DNA of 64,000 nt from Vicugna vicugna. Lineage: Eukaryota. Under the pieces are notes generated by a model. It saw nothing but the letters and a program-made list of their open reading frames with translations. It had not been told where the DNA came from and made no database searches. Where the stretch lies: assembly GCA_013265495.1 (NCBI GenBank), contig MU058221.1:744001-808000 (forward strand), written 5' to 3'. Positions 26,535-39,303 of the stretch are shown piece by piece. Within the stretch, counting starts at the first letter, position 1, and every line of letters begins with the position of its first letter. A program made the position numbers and the translations under genes.

Positions 26535-26720
26535 AGCTAGATTATAAAATCCTGCGAATGAGAGTGGCGCTTTATAACGTTTTGAGTCTCCTCTCCCTCC
26601 AAGGCATCGATCAGTCCCCTCCGTAATTGGCGCCAAATTGATATTTGTTGAATTGTTTTGTGGAACCAAATATAGCCTGATGCAATCAATAGAAGCTCAG
26701 TAAATGTTCCTGAATATAAT
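26535..26720 (+). mobile_element. LINE-2 3' end fragments
   Basis: ctagattataaaatcctg...gatatttgttgaattg and aatagaagctcagtaaatgttcctgaat. Confidence 0.55.
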
Positions 26721-27571
26721 TTAAAAATATAACTGATAATCAGGCAAAATGATTCTGTAGGCTTTGTTATTGTGCAAAAATGCCCCAGAAAATAGAATTA
26801 GGAGACTATAAATTGATCCAAGGGGCTTGCTGGTACATAAATAGCAGCATAACTTTTAGCTGTTGTGTCTCTTGCCCGTCTCCCAGCAGGTCTGTGAGAG
26901 GAGATGGGCCCCCAGGCATCTACAAACACCTCTCTCCTCGTGCCCCATCGCACCTGTGCCCACCTTCACGCAGCCTGAGCGCCAGCGCAGAGCTTATAAA
27001 TCGCCCTCAAACGCAGGCCTCGGAAAGTTCCAGGACCCTCAAGATTAACGTGACACCAAAGCAAAGAGGCAGATAACCTCTATAAAGATACAGAGACAGA
27101 TAAAGAGATGAATAAGATAATGCAAGGCTTTCTTGCAGGTTTTGCCTTGGAAAAAATTGTTGACTTGTGTTCAACTTTCAAATGAGCTTCCACTGAAGTT
27201 GCCCACACCTACGATGACAATCCTTTCTTTTAAGGCTTCAGCAGAGAAATGAATTTCAAAAACTGGGTGTTAAATGGGAAGTACCTAAGTCACTGAGTAG
27301 AGAAGAGCTAACTGGCTTAAATATATGGGGTACAGGCAAAATAATGAAAGCACAAAAAAGTGTTGAATCCGTCCTCAGCTACTGTTCTTAGGGTTAAGTT
27401 TGTTAAGCTAAATAGCTCCATCTTATTCTCTGTTGTTATCATTAAATTACAATTCTAATCATTAAAAACAGGCTGGTGAGATTTAAAAAAATTTTTATTT
27501 GCCGAAAAGCTCCCAATTTGACTATTTCAGAGGAAATACTACATTGTAAAAATGTAGACATACTGAAAACT

Positions 27572-27588
27572 AGAAAGAAAGAAGGAAA

Positions 27589-27645
<57 letters not shown>

Positions 27646-27649
27646 AGGA

Positions 27650-27717
<68 letters not shown>

Positions 27718-27720
27718 AAA
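27572..27720. repeat. (GAAA)n microsatellite, ~150 bp, slightly interrupted
   Basis: Directly visible. Confidence 0.98.
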
Positions 27721-27895
27721 ATATATAAAATAAATAAACAGCCAGGTCCTACTGTGTAGCACAGGAAACTATATTCAATAGATTGTAATAGCTTATAATG
27801 AAAAAGAACATGAAAAAGAAATATATGTGTACCTATATAACTAAATCATTATGCTATAAACCAGAAATTAACACATTTCAATTTAAAAAATTAAG
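27721..27895 (+). mobile_element. Lineage-type L1 extreme 3' end
   Basis: ggtcctactgtgtagcacaggaaactatattcaata...ccagaaattaacaca; homologous to 42810-42960 in this window. Confidence 0.85.
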
Positions 27896-27994
27896 TAAAA
27901 TATAAAGCAAGAAAAAAGGAAGTCAGGAAGGGAGGGACAGAGGAAGAAATCTGTCCTGGGAAATATACGTAGACCTTTACTTCCACAGACCTGG

Positions 27995-28275
27995 GCTGCC
28001 TTCACATCTGCAGGTTCCACAGCTTTGGATTCAACAAACCTCAGATCAACAATATTTGAAAAAGAATATTCCAGAAAGTTACAAAAAGCAAAACTTGAAT
28101 TTGCCGCACAATAACTCTTTGCATGGCATTTACATGGCTATCATTAGCAATTGAGAGATGATTTAAAGCACGCAGGAGGGTAGCCATAGGTTATACACAA
28201 AACCCACTTTATAGAAAGGACTTGAGCATGTGTAGATTTAGGTAGGCACAGGGGATGCTGGAACCAACCCTCCAA
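27995..28275 (-). mobile_element. MER2-like TcMar-Tigger MITE
   Basis: ggattcaacaaacc...gagatgatttaaag...taggttata...ggacttgagcat...ctggaaccaa is antisense MER2. Confidence 0.8.
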
Positions 28276-28908
28276 AACTGTTCTGTAAAATTTTAAAAAT
28301 ATACATGATATGTGTACATTTTATATATATATATATATATTTTTCTTTTCCTAAAGCTGTTCATGTCTAACCCTGGCTGCTGGAGTAACTCATGGAAGGA
28401 GAAATCTTGGAAGCAGAAAGGAAACTGGGGGATTGAAATAACACTCATCTCCCAGCAGTGAGGAGACAGAAGAGCTCTCTCTGATAAAGGGTGAGGCGGG
28501 GACACAACAGGATCTAACAAAATTAATGAGGGGAAGAAGCCAAATTCAAAGCTGAGGGATAGCGGGCAAGGTGTGGGTGAGCATCTGCCACGTCACTGCA
28601 CTTTGTTCCTGAGCCCCTGGCTTCACACTCTGCATCCGTATTCTGGGCTCTGACGGTTGATCCTTTAAGGCCAGTGACCTACGAGTGCAGCGCTCGCGGC
28701 AGGGCAGGAGGGACCATCCAAATGAACACTCTGAGATAATTTTCTAAAATGTGGCACACACCTCGTTGTTCCATAGTTTCAGTTTCTGGAAAAAGTTATA
28801 CTCAATACCAATTACAGGCAGCAACAGTGGCACAGAGAGCATATTTTTCTGAGAAAATACATTTTCAGCTTTCAGTGCCTCTGTATCATAATGAAAAGTG
28901 CCTTGTTT

Positions 28909-29058
28909 GGGGGGAGGGTACAGCTCAAGTGGCAGAGTGCATGCCTGGCATGCACAGGGGCCTGGGTTCAATCCCCAGCACCCCCTCCAAAATAAATAAA
29001 TACATAAATAAACCTAATTACTTCCCTCCCCCCAACCAAAAAAGAAAAAAAAAAAGTA
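28909..29058 (+). mobile_element. tRNA-derived SINE (camelid vic-1 type) with TSD
   Basis: A box (agctcaagtgg), B box (ggttcaatcc), AT linker, C-rich block and A tail; TSD aaaagtgccttgttt (28894-28908) / aaaagtgcttttttt (29059-29073), 13/15 match. Confidence 0.92.
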
Positions 29059-31744
29059 AAAAGTGCTTTTTTTAAGTTGGCAGTGTAAGTTTACCCTTTC
29101 TCCCTCATGTCACAAAGAAAATCATTGTTTTAGCAACTGCGTGTTATCTCACACAAAATTAGAACTTGTGAATCATGAAAATGTATAGTATAGACATAAA
29201 AGAATGAGGAGGTTAAACGGAAGAGATAGCCATCTGTCTTTTATTCAGATGCCCTTTCCAACACAGAGAAAAGTAAAGTTATACACGCATCCTTCAGGTT
29301 TTCCATTCCTTCTTCCTATCAGCCTTTCTCACGAAAGGTGTAAATGGGGGATACCCCTGCAACTGGATTAACTGAACCCAAACCACTGGAGAATGTTGAT
29401 TTGGACACTTGCTAGCCTGGATGCGGCTGCTTGCGCTGTTAAGTCTCTCCCTTCCCATGTGAGAGCAGATGATCTCATTTTCTTAAGTGACACATGGGCT
29501 CTGAGCTGTGGAGCTCATTCGTCGCGAACTTTACGAATGACTCACACCATACACGGCTTGTGCAACTGCATTTACATTTGCTTGTCATATTTACTCTAAA
29601 ATGTCACTGAGCCCTTTGTAAAGTGGCTCTATATGGCAAGCTAAAGATGAGAAAACTGTAGCTGTTCATTTCGGATTAATTCCAACTGTGATTCGATCCC
29701 TAAGAAAAATAAATCTAATGCATTTGCTAGGGTTAACTGAAATTTTTTCACTTGGGAATTTTTATTCTCTCTCTCTCTCTGTCCCTCTCTCTCCCCTAGA
29801 AGAATCACTGCCTCAGAGTCACACAGAAAGCTAATTACCATGATGGGACGCTGTGGCATTTTACTTGGAAAGGTCACATGGCACGGTGAAAAGAGCACGA
29901 ACTTATAATTAGAAGTCCCCATTTCAAGGCCTAGTTCTCCTCCTGTCCAGCAGGGTGGGCGCGGTGCGGCAGTGGCACCTCGGAAGGCTCACTGCCCTTC
30001 GGCCGGTGAGGGGAGCTTGGACAAAGCCAGCTGGGTCTCAGCTTCCTGATGAAACCTTCCTTTTTTTGAAACAGTACTTGTAATGATCAAAGGACATTAT
30101 GCCTGCGAGATATTTAGGAAAAAAATATTAAATTTATATACAAAAGAGAAAGTTAAACACCAATTAGTAAATAAAAAAAATCTTCTTTGCATGTAGCACC
30201 ATCCTAGGACAGCTGGAAGGAACTTAAAAACCCACCGTGTGTATGTCTGTGCATACTTGATCGGCATTCCTGAAATACGTTTTTCATTCATCAAGCATCT
30301 CGTAGTCATAGACTGAGATTGCCTTGAAAATCACAGCAGTAGAGCACTGAACGTCACACGAAAAATGATTTTCCTTAAATTGCATAAAGGTATCTGAGGA
30401 GAGTCGGCAAGGAAAGTAAAAAATAAAACAGAACAAAAATATGAGTTTCATGGTATGTCCAGAGGGAGCCAAGGGCACGGTTACACCAGCATAGCCGAGG
30501 GGGAGAAACCAGATGCGTGTGGAGGGTATAGGTCCCCCTCACGGCACCTTCCTTCCCCAGTTTGTAGAGCTCGGGTTAGGAAGTTTATTCCAGATGGAGC
30601 CCACCACTTCCTGCCTGAGTATCACGTACAAGTGTGAGATTTTCCCTCCCACATCCACCCCCACGGGCTCAGTATTTCAGTTCTCACAGCGATAGATGCC
30701 TCATTGCCCTCAGTCAAGGGAGATGCATTGCGCGCCCTTTGTAAGTTGGCTCAAAGCAACGGAATTTCACTTGTCCAAACATTTGAGTGTGACTGTAATA
30801 GGAATGGCGACTGTAAAACCGAGAATTCGAGCAAAATGTGCTGCATGGTTTCAGAGACTGTTACAAACTAAAAGGGTCAAACTTTCATCCCTTACCAAAT
30901 TCTGAGTCTAGGTTAGAAGAAACAAGAAACTCTGAGGTCCAACAAACAGTCTCTTGGATCCACGGAGGCCTTTTGACTCATTGTCATGCAAAGGAGCTTG
31001 TTCATCCTTGGATAACTCAGGCAGACAGCAGAGACTCCATGGATGTCCTAAATACTGGCTTTATTAGGGGCCAGGAGCACAAACCTACTTTTTTTTTTTT
31101 TAACCATAATGATGTTAAATACTAGATAATATTTTGGCAGCTTTTTTTTTTCTTTTTGACCAAGCTAAATATTAATTCTTCAACCAAGTTTACACAGATT
31201 GCTATTAATGCATCGTTTTAGATAATCTTTGACTATGCTCCAGATACTCAAAAGTGTGCATCATAAATTAATTGTTGTTTAGCCATTATAACACTGTGCA
31301 ACACCTGCTCTCTTGTTCTATATGTTAAAATTCTACTATTTTTTGGCACATATTCCATCAGCTTTTAGATTATGCTCGTTATATGGCTGACTATTATAGA
31401 GTCTAATAAAATTTTTCAATTCTTATTATTGAAAAAATGTAACTATAGACAAAAGTAGGCTAAAGTAAATGCCTCGTATTTTCATCAGCCAGCTTCAGCA
31501 GTTCTCAACTTCTGGAACATTAAGGGTCTTATAAGCCATGAAGTTGGTGGAATAATATGTATAAAGTAAGAAAGAGAGAACAGAAGTTTACAAGCCAGAT
31601 ATATTAAACTGGAAATTGCACTAGCAGCTCATGCATGTGGTTATGGGAGGAAATACCAGTGGTCACCAAAGGGCAGAACCAGATGGACATCCTAGAGGTT
31701 TCACTTTTTCTATAAAGTAGAGAACAATTTGTAAGAACTGCATT

Positions 31745-32908
31745 ACACAGAACAGTGTCCACCCAAGGACTCCCCGTCCTGACCCCAGAAATTATGATTA
31801 CACTAGATCACAGCGCCAAGGGATTAGGGCTGCAGATGGAGTTAGGGCTGTCAGCCAGCTGGCCTTGAAGGAGGGAGAATACCCTAGGTTGTTTGAGTGA
31901 AGCTGTCAGAGCGGGCGGAGAGCTAGATGTGAGCAGAGAGGGGGGACACAGGCCACACAGCAGGACCTGGGCAGAAAGGCGGGGCACAGGCCAAATGCAG
32001 GAAACCACACATCATGTGAGCCGCAGGGGTCCCTGGGCAGAGAAAGAAAAGCAGGAACCTCTGGGCTGACAAGGGGCCACACCTTTTGGGGTGATGAGTG
32101 GCCTGGAGGCTGACAAAGAAAGGTGAGAAAAGGCAGGAGTTTCCAGTGTCCAAATGTGACCTTTTGCTAATTATGCCCTTGTTTCAATAAAATCAGCCTT
32201 GCAGATCAAAAGTACCCATCATGCACTGGTGCCGTGAGACTTCCGATCCAGACTAAATAAGGACAAAAGTCCCTCCTCCCTTTGGGAAGGTGGAGCTGGG
32301 ATGAAAATCAGGGAATATGACCCCAAACCCATGCCTCTCCAGTGACTATTCCGCCCATTCATTTTTACGCCCTATGTGACCAACTTGCCAAGAAACTCAG
32401 GGCAGCCGCTCCTGTGAGCCTGCCCGCCCTCCCCTTGAGGGTGTGCTGTCCATCCTTTAATAAATCCTCACTTTGCTTTTTTAACCACCACGTCTTGCCT
32501 CTGAATTCTTTCTGGGATGGCGGGACAAGAACCTGGAGCACCAGTTCCATCTACCGGCCAGAACACCAATGTAATGATCACAAATGTGGTTTAGGGGAAC
32601 AGAGGAAGAAGGTGGAGAATACAGAAGATTGGAGGGGAGGCGTGGAGACATGTGACTGCTAGCTTTGGAGATGTAATAAGGCCACAAGGCAAAGAAGGCA
32701 GGTGGCATGTGGAAGCTGGAAAAGGCAAGAGAACAGATTTGTTCCCAGAGCCTCCGGAAAGAAGGTAGATTTGCTGAGACCTTCATTTCAGCCCAGTGAG
32801 ATCCATGCTGGGCTCCAAGCCTACAGAAGCATAAGATAATGCATTTGTGCTGTTTTAAGCCGTGAAGGTTGGAGGTATTTGTTGCAGTGGCCACAGGCGA
32901 GCAATTCA
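31745..32908 (+). mobile_element. MLT1D-like MaLR LTR split by a younger LTR
   Basis: 5' part at 31745-31903; it resumes near 32566 (ccaatgtaat) and continues through gaagctggaaaaggcaag...ttttaagccgtgaaggttggaggtatttgttgcag. Confidence 0.85.
31904..32560 (+). mobile_element. ERV solo LTR inserted in MLT1D
   Basis: TG start, AATAAA near 32460 followed by U5-like tgaattctttctggga, CA end; TSD degenerate, so the right end is uncertain by ~5 bp. Confidence 0.75.
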
Positions 32909-33064
32909 AGGAGGCAAACTCTAACGTAAATTGTTATATCATCCTAAATATTTCTCATTATTTCAGATGTATGTGTGCCAGAACCGATGAACGTTGTCAT
33001 TTTTACATTCACAGCGGTAATTAAGCAAATTGTGTCGAAGTACCGAACAAGTCAAGTTGCGTAT

Positions 33065-33305
33065 CACATAGTGGCTCAGGGTGTGATTCTGAAGTCACAC
33101 CGGGTTCAAATTGTTGCTTCGCCAGGTACAATTCACGTGACCTCATACGTGGTCCTGAGCTCTCTTTTGCTTTGCTTTTCTAACTTGAAGAATGTGTATA
33201 GTATCTCATAGATTATAAGAGTTAAGAATGTTAGACCACACATGTAAAGTGCATAGCAGTGGCTTCTGCATGAAGAGTTATAAAGAAGTGATTGCCATTA
33301 GTCTA
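33065..33305 (+). mobile_element. MIR SINE, near full length
   Basis: tagtggctcagggtgtgattctgaagtcacaccgggttcaaat...catgtaaagtgcatagcagtg. Confidence 0.75.
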
Positions 33306-33379
33306 ATATTTTTAAATTATTTATAATTTACCATAATTTTTCTTCCAGCAGAAGTTGCTCCTAAATCCAGATCATTTTA

Positions 33380-33700
33380 ATTATCTTATCAAGAAGGGAA
33401 ACGGCAGAAGACTTGTCAAGTGCCTGCCTGACATCCAGAGCTCGTCTGCGGTGTCTCTAATGTCCCCTGACCTATTAAGCTACTAACCCTATTAGAGGAT
33501 GACACTGAATCAGTCTGGCATGGCCCTTTGTGGGAACTCACACTGTAGCTGGCTGGTATATGTTGCTTCTTTCAGGCATTCACTAAAAATTTCTTTCAGT
33601 ATTGGTTCAAGAATCTCATCTGAAGTCAACGTCAGCCTCACATTGGCCAGCGTTTGCTGAGTGCCCCGCTCTTTTCTAAGTTGCTTCTTTCCAGAAACCG
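33380..33700 (-). mobile_element. CR1/L3 LINE reverse-transcriptase remnant
   Basis: gacttgtcaagtgcctgcctgacatccaga (antisense of the region encoding LDFSKAFDKV), cccctgacctatt, agtctggcatgg, ggttcaagaatctc. Confidence 0.7.
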
Positions 33701-34099
33701 ATGCTGAGTATTTGTTTTGGTACCAAACATTGTGAGAGTTTGTAAACAGCTCACAGTCTGGCCAAGGTCATTCTCAGGGATCCAGAACTTCATATCATCC
33801 ATCATTTCTGGACCTCATAATGGTGTTTTCAGTGTTTATAATTTCTAGATTTTTTAAAAAAGTTTAAATATGTTAGAAGGAAAGATTTTCAGTGAGAAAA
33901 TTAGCAACTAAGCAAGCTTCTGTACGTAGGGTTTCACAGGTTTCCAGTCCTCTCTTCACCTTCCCAAAGCTTCAAAGCTCTGAGTCAGAACTGAGAGCAG
34001 CTTCGAAGACACATGACATTTGCCTTCATCTCTCCCGGCTTTTAAAACTTACTACTAAGGCAAAAACAGACATCAGACAAGCAACACATAGCATGAAGC

Positions 34100-34460
34100 G
34101 TGAAGCCCACCCTCTTATAGTCTTAAGGGCAGAGCAGTGTTGTTAACTATGTTCACAGTGTCGTACAGGCACTCTCTAGGACTTTTTCATCTTGTATGTC
34201 CGAACCTTTATTCCCATTTAACAGCAGTTCCCAAACCTCCCTCCCCGAGCCCCCGGCAGCCACCCTTCTACTTTTTGCTTCCAGAGCTTAAAACTGTGGA
34301 TGCTGCAGATAAATGGAGTCATGCAATAGTTGTCCTTCTGTGACAGATTACTTCACTTAGCACAAGGTCCGCAAGGTTCATCTATGTAGCATATAAGCAG
34401 AATTTTATTTTTCAATGCTAATTCACATTTCATTGTACGAATGTGCCACATTTTCCTTTT
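34100..34460 (-). mobile_element. L1MA-like 3' UTR fragment
   Basis: tgttaactatgttcacagtgtcgtacag...ttgtccttctgtgacagattacttcacttagcac. Confidence 0.85.
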
Positions 34461-35636
34461 TAATTTAGTTTTACTTTCTTCCACTTTTATTGAGGTATGA
34501 TTAAAATATAACTGTGCAAATTTAAGCTGTGCAACGTGATGACTGGATTCATGTACGCAGTTGACCCTTTGAACTGCACAGGTTCCCGAGTCATTGTGTG
34601 TTCTCTCCCCCGTAACCTGGCCCTTGCCTGTATGATTTCACAGTAGTAAGGAACAGATTAATTTTTAAAAAAATAGAAAATGAGGAAATCAAAGAAAACT
34701 GAATATTGATCATCTCAACAGTTCTTGAAGTCTGCCTGTGTACCACTAGACGGGCAGTTCACTCAGAAGTGGGGAAGCCTTAATACTTGCATCGTGGTCC
34801 TCTTTACAGTCACAGAGGTGCAGCGGAAGTGCCCAGCAGTGAGGGCTGGATCTTGAGTAGCGTCAAGGTGGCACTTAGCTGATGAAGATAAAAGCAATAG
34901 CACTTCATGCTGCTGTAGCTCCTTTACTCCTGGGGGCTCAGAGCATTTAACAAAGGTCAAACGACATAAACCTCCGACAGCTGCAAAACTGGGCATGAAA
35001 ACTTGATCTAATCTAATAAGATTTTGTGTTTCCTCTTGTCTTTTTGTGTTCTTGCAGTAGAAACAAACCCAGTACCTATGTGTGGGCATTCTAGCATACA
35101 TTCTCTTTAAAAAGCAACGAGGGTGTTTTCAAGTTGCAATAAAATGACATAATTTGGCTCTAAGTTTAATAGAATTGTTGAGGATGATTAAGTCTATGTA
35201 AATTTAATTCTGCCTCAACACAAATTTTTAAAACTTTATTTGACTAATAGAAATACAAAAATACAGTAGCATGAGCAATTGCAAGCAAGCATTTCAGAAA
35301 TCCCCAAAGAATGAGAAATCTTAAAAATAGATCCTGAGAGTCTAAATCAGAAGAGGGCAAGTAACACAAATGTTTGGGTTTTCTATCTGCCTTCCAAATT
35401 CTGCCAATTAGAGTTATTTCTGACTTCACGATGTAGAGTTAGGTGGTGGCAACACTATAAAATGAATGTAAATCTGAGTTTAAAGAAGTAATTTAAAAGT
35501 CTGCACCAGACAAGATGATGAAACAAAACACTCTCCTTAAGTACAAAGAACTTTTTTCTTATACGTGGTTATAAACATCTAAATTTATATTTTATGGTGA
35601 GTTAAACTGCACTGGATGTAGCTCATGGGAAGGTTA

Positions 35637-36054
35637 TGTGAAATGTGAAATAAAAAAATGGAGTTGTTTATGTCAAGGGGTTTTAACATGAAGCTGGAAG
35701 TTCATTAGGAAGTGGACCGTATGCAGGTCCTCGCCTGGTGGAACCATGAACTTTCGACACGGATCAAACCACAAATATTCCAAAAACTCTGCAGTAACAG
35801 CTGCAAATGGCCACAGCAAGGGACTCTCCTCCACCTGGTCAGACTTGGCCGAGACCAGCTTCTGCCCCCAATGGCAGCTACAGTTCTTTGAAACGCGAGC
35901 CTCCCTCCTCGGCCTGCAAAGCCCTGACCCCCGCTCCCTAGCGGGACGCGGCTGCGGCCGCTGCCCAGGGCTGTGTGCGGCAAGTGGCTGCTCTTGGACC
36001 CCCAGTGCACTCTTTCTGCCTGAGCACCGCCTCCGAGGTTTATTTAGATTGACA
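35637..36054 (+). mobile_element. ERV1-type solo LTR (MER34-group-like)
   Basis: TGTGAAA start, TTAGATTGACA end, flanks gtta/atta (3/4 TSD match). Confidence 0.65.
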
Positions 36055-36185
36055 ATTATAATCTAATAAATCTTGGGGACATTATAATCTTGCATGTATT
36101 GTGAATCTGTATCTTTCCTGCTGTCCGTGCTGTGGATGGATTGATTCGAGGAATGGCTTCAGTCCCATAAATTCAGCTTGGATAC

Positions 36186-36618
36186 CGTGAATGAAAAATA
36201 CTGCGAACAACATCAGTAAACAGAGAACGCTGAAGCCGTCACATAATCAGCGGCTGCCCCACCCCCCCAGTGAGGACCAGCCTGCAGCCCGGCCTCTGAA
36301 GCCACTCACCATGGTGCCCCCTGAGGGCACTCAGAGCAAGAAAGGACAGGACGCTGGCCCTAGACAGCTCGGTGCTTGTCAAAGGAATGGATTCGATGAG
36401 CCCAAATGCTTGCTCCCTCCCATACAGAGAAAAACACTAAATTCTTTAACTTGAGATGCCTGCTTTTCTTCAGTTAACAAGTCATCTTTTAATGTTCAAA
36501 TGACCTGGTCTTTGTTGTAAAGCTCAGAGCCACCTGGGAGGCCGTCATCCCAGCTCGAGTCCTCCCGCCAAACAAAATGTAACTGAGCTTTTAGGCTGCG
36601 CGTTTATTTCAGGCGACA
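36186..36618 (+). mobile_element. ERV1-type solo LTR, family A copy 1
   Basis: Ends tttcaggcgaca; perfect 4-bp TSD ATAC (36182-36185 / 36619-36622); highly similar to 37781-38228. Confidence 0.88.
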
Positions 36619-37780
36619 ATACACGGATTGAAATCTGGATTTTTGAAGAGGGTAAGCGGATTCTTCATACTTATTTTAGTGAATAATTCAGTGAAGTGAA
36701 AGTGTGCTATTAAATACCCAGAATACAGGAGAGTCAGAGTTCACATTAGTAAGTCATTCTAAGCTGTCCAGACGATACTGACTGTGGAAATGAATGCTAT
36801 TTAAGAGTGTTTAATTCATGCATTTATCTGATTCCAAAAACTATTTAAAATCATAACAATATCATAAAAATCAAATCAATTAAAAACATGCTATATGTTA
36901 ACTAACATTTTGGCCTTTCAGCATCTGCTATTTTAGCATTATAGAATGCAAATGACTTTTTCTCTCAACTGGCAGCTTTCCTTCACTATAAATCACCACC
37001 ACCAAATATATATATATATATATATAAGAATAAACCTCTAGCAAAAAAAAAGCCATGTTGTAGGAACCACGCAGTGATATTTAAGACGAACAGAAGCAGC
37101 TAAGAAGAGGGCTTCTATTTTAAATTGATATCGCAGTAGGAGTCCCTAATTTAGTCTGGACCAGATTTTACAAAAAAAAAATGTATATATATACTCATTA
37201 GGGCCATGGGAACAATTATAAGCAAAGAAATATTTCAGAATTGTCATATTTTTAAGGGGAAAAATGGCACTAATTGAAGTTTGTGGGCTACGTGAAGGAA
37301 AATGTACTCAAAATTAATCTTATTAAGTTTTCTTGCCCAGTCTTGTCTCAGAGCCTCCATTTTTGAACAGGTGGGGAAAGTAGATTTGGAAAATCAGGGA
37401 TAGTGTGTTAATGACTGCACTTCCCCAAAACAGGGCCCCACGGGACCCCGGGGCGAGTCGCTGCTGGTGGTGAGACGCGGCAGCCCTGCGTGGGTAAGGG
37501 TGTGCGCGGTCCCCAGGGGGCGAGAAGGACTCGGGCGTCAGACACTCAGGAGGGGAGCTGTGGTTTGCTTTTGTTTTCCTTGTTTTGACTTGTTGGCTTC
37601 ACATACTGTGTTTCAGAACGTAGCTGGAGAACGAGAACATCCCAGAACAATTACATCTCAGAGGGAGCCAGCTGGAATGAGTCACAAAAATAAGGCAACA
37701 AGGTCATACCTAATAACTTACCTGTAAACACTGGGGAAGAAAAACCAGAAGGGACGGTGGATTGGTTAGTTTACTGCTCA

Positions 37781-38672
37781 TCCGAGTCAAAAATACTGCA
37801 AACCACATCAGTAAACGGAATGCTGAAGCCATCAAGTCATCTGCCACCCCCCGGGGAAGACCAGCCCACAGCCCGGCCTCTGCAGCCACTCGCCACGGTG
37901 CCCCCTGAGGGGACGCAGAACAAGAAAGGACAGGACACTGGCCCTAGACAGCTCGGTGCCTGTCGAAGGAATGAATACAATGAGCCCAAATGTTTGCTCC
38001 CTCCCATACATAGAAAAGCGCTAAATTCTTTAACTTGAGATGCCTGGCTTTCTTCAGTTAACAAGTAACCTTTTATTGTTCCAACTCCCTGGTCTTTGCT
38101 GTAAAGCTCCTGTACATCCTGGGTCCTCCCTGCCTCTTCAGAGCAGCCCCTCAGAGCGACCTGAGAGGCCATCATCCCGGGCTGAGTCCTCAGAAATTTC
38201 CACCCAGTAAAACATAACCCTCAACTTTCGTGAAGGAAAAGCTGGGCTGGGCTAACAAGATGACTCACAAATCTAAGTATCAGAATACTGATCTGAGTTC
38301 TGCTGGACTAACTTGTAAATCTAAGTTAATTAGTGCTGGGTTGCTGTTCATGTTTTTTGCTAGCCAGCTGGGTTTTCAAAGAGATATATCTGGCATTGGA
38401 ATGTTGGTTTGCTGCCTCCCCACTTCCACTTTTGTGATGATAATGCTGCTAAAGCTGTTCCATGCCTATTGGCCGAATACCCCAAGCTTGTACTTAACCC
38501 TATAAAACCTCCTGCGCATGTCTCGGAGGGGCTCAGAGCTTCGGAGCAGAAGCCCCTCTGAGCCCGCCAGTGTAACACATCTGAGCGCTCCAGCCCTCCG
38601 AGTGGTGCTTGTTTCTTGGCTGGCCTGTCGTTTCCGTAACACTTTTAGGTCGTGCATTTATTTCAGTTGACA
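37781..38672 (+). mobile_element. ERV1-type solo LTR, family A copy 2, interrupted near its 3' end
   Basis: Aligns with copy 1; its last ~30 bp (cttttaggtcgtgcatttatttcagttgaca) lie after the nested LTR; flanks ctca/ccca. Confidence 0.88.
38229..38641 (+). mobile_element. ERV solo LTR (family B) nested in family A copy 2
   Basis: CGTGAAGG (CG in place of TG) ... GTAACA termini, TATA-like TATAAAA at 38501-38507, perfect 4-bp TSD CTTT (38225-38228 / 38642-38645). Confidence 0.88.
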
Positions 38673-39303
38673 CCCATATAATGGAAAATTGTTTGCCATT
38701 TAATATATTTTGAAAATGATTTGTTGTTTCCTGATAGGCAAATACTTTCATAATATAACACTAGAGGTTTTTGGTTCGCTTGTGTGTTTTTAAGTCATGA
38801 CTCCGTATGTATGGCTGTACCCTTTTGGTAAAAACAATGCTATATGCATGAGCTGGACCCTGCCCCAGATCACCAACGTGTTGTGAAAGGTGTGCACCCA
38901 GAGTGGTGGCATTATGTATATATATTTTTTTTTTTTCACTTCCTTTCTTAATTCAGTTCTTTCTTTTCCCCTTGCCAAAATAGCATGTTAATTTTGGCTC
39001 CAATATAAAACAGGTGTTTTTATTTTCAAAAGAAAAATCTGAAAGAAGATGGACTTATAGTACCAACATTTCTAAAGTTTGAGTGTAGAAACTTTTAAGA
39101 GATGCCCCTTCATTAACTACATCTGTGTACTTGAACTGAGACATCCAGGCTTGTATTCCATGCTACACAATTACCATAATCTCTGGAGTTACCATCATGG
39201 ACCTGATTAACATTAGTATTAACTGCGGGCTTCAGAATCCATCATTGACAAAGAAACGTGTTATTTCATCTCATGACTGCAACAACGTACAGGATCATGA
39301 AGG

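Noticed and set aside
26510..26636. Imperfect hairpin (cgcagggatttctttataa...ttataaaatcctgcg) and E2F-like palindrome TTGGCGCCAA
   Set aside because: The stem is short and bulged for a pre-miRNA; the right arm and the palindrome fall in an L2 3' remnant.
27442..27762. KERK-rich and FLSF-rich ORFs
   Set aside because: Translation of the (GAAA)n microsatellite.
28909..28990. tRNA-like sequences (also at 42244 and 57520-57599)
   Set aside because: SINE heads followed by linker and A tail (with a TSD at 28909); not tRNA genes.
36191..38038. Two similar 87-aa and 93-aa ORFs resembling paralogous genes
   Set aside because: Both lie inside copies of the same LTR family, which explains the similarity.
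36186..38672. Possible provirus bounded by the two family-A LTRs
   Set aside because: Each LTR has its own TSD, and the 1.2-kb spacer shows no primer-binding site, polypurine tract or gag/pol remnant that I can see.
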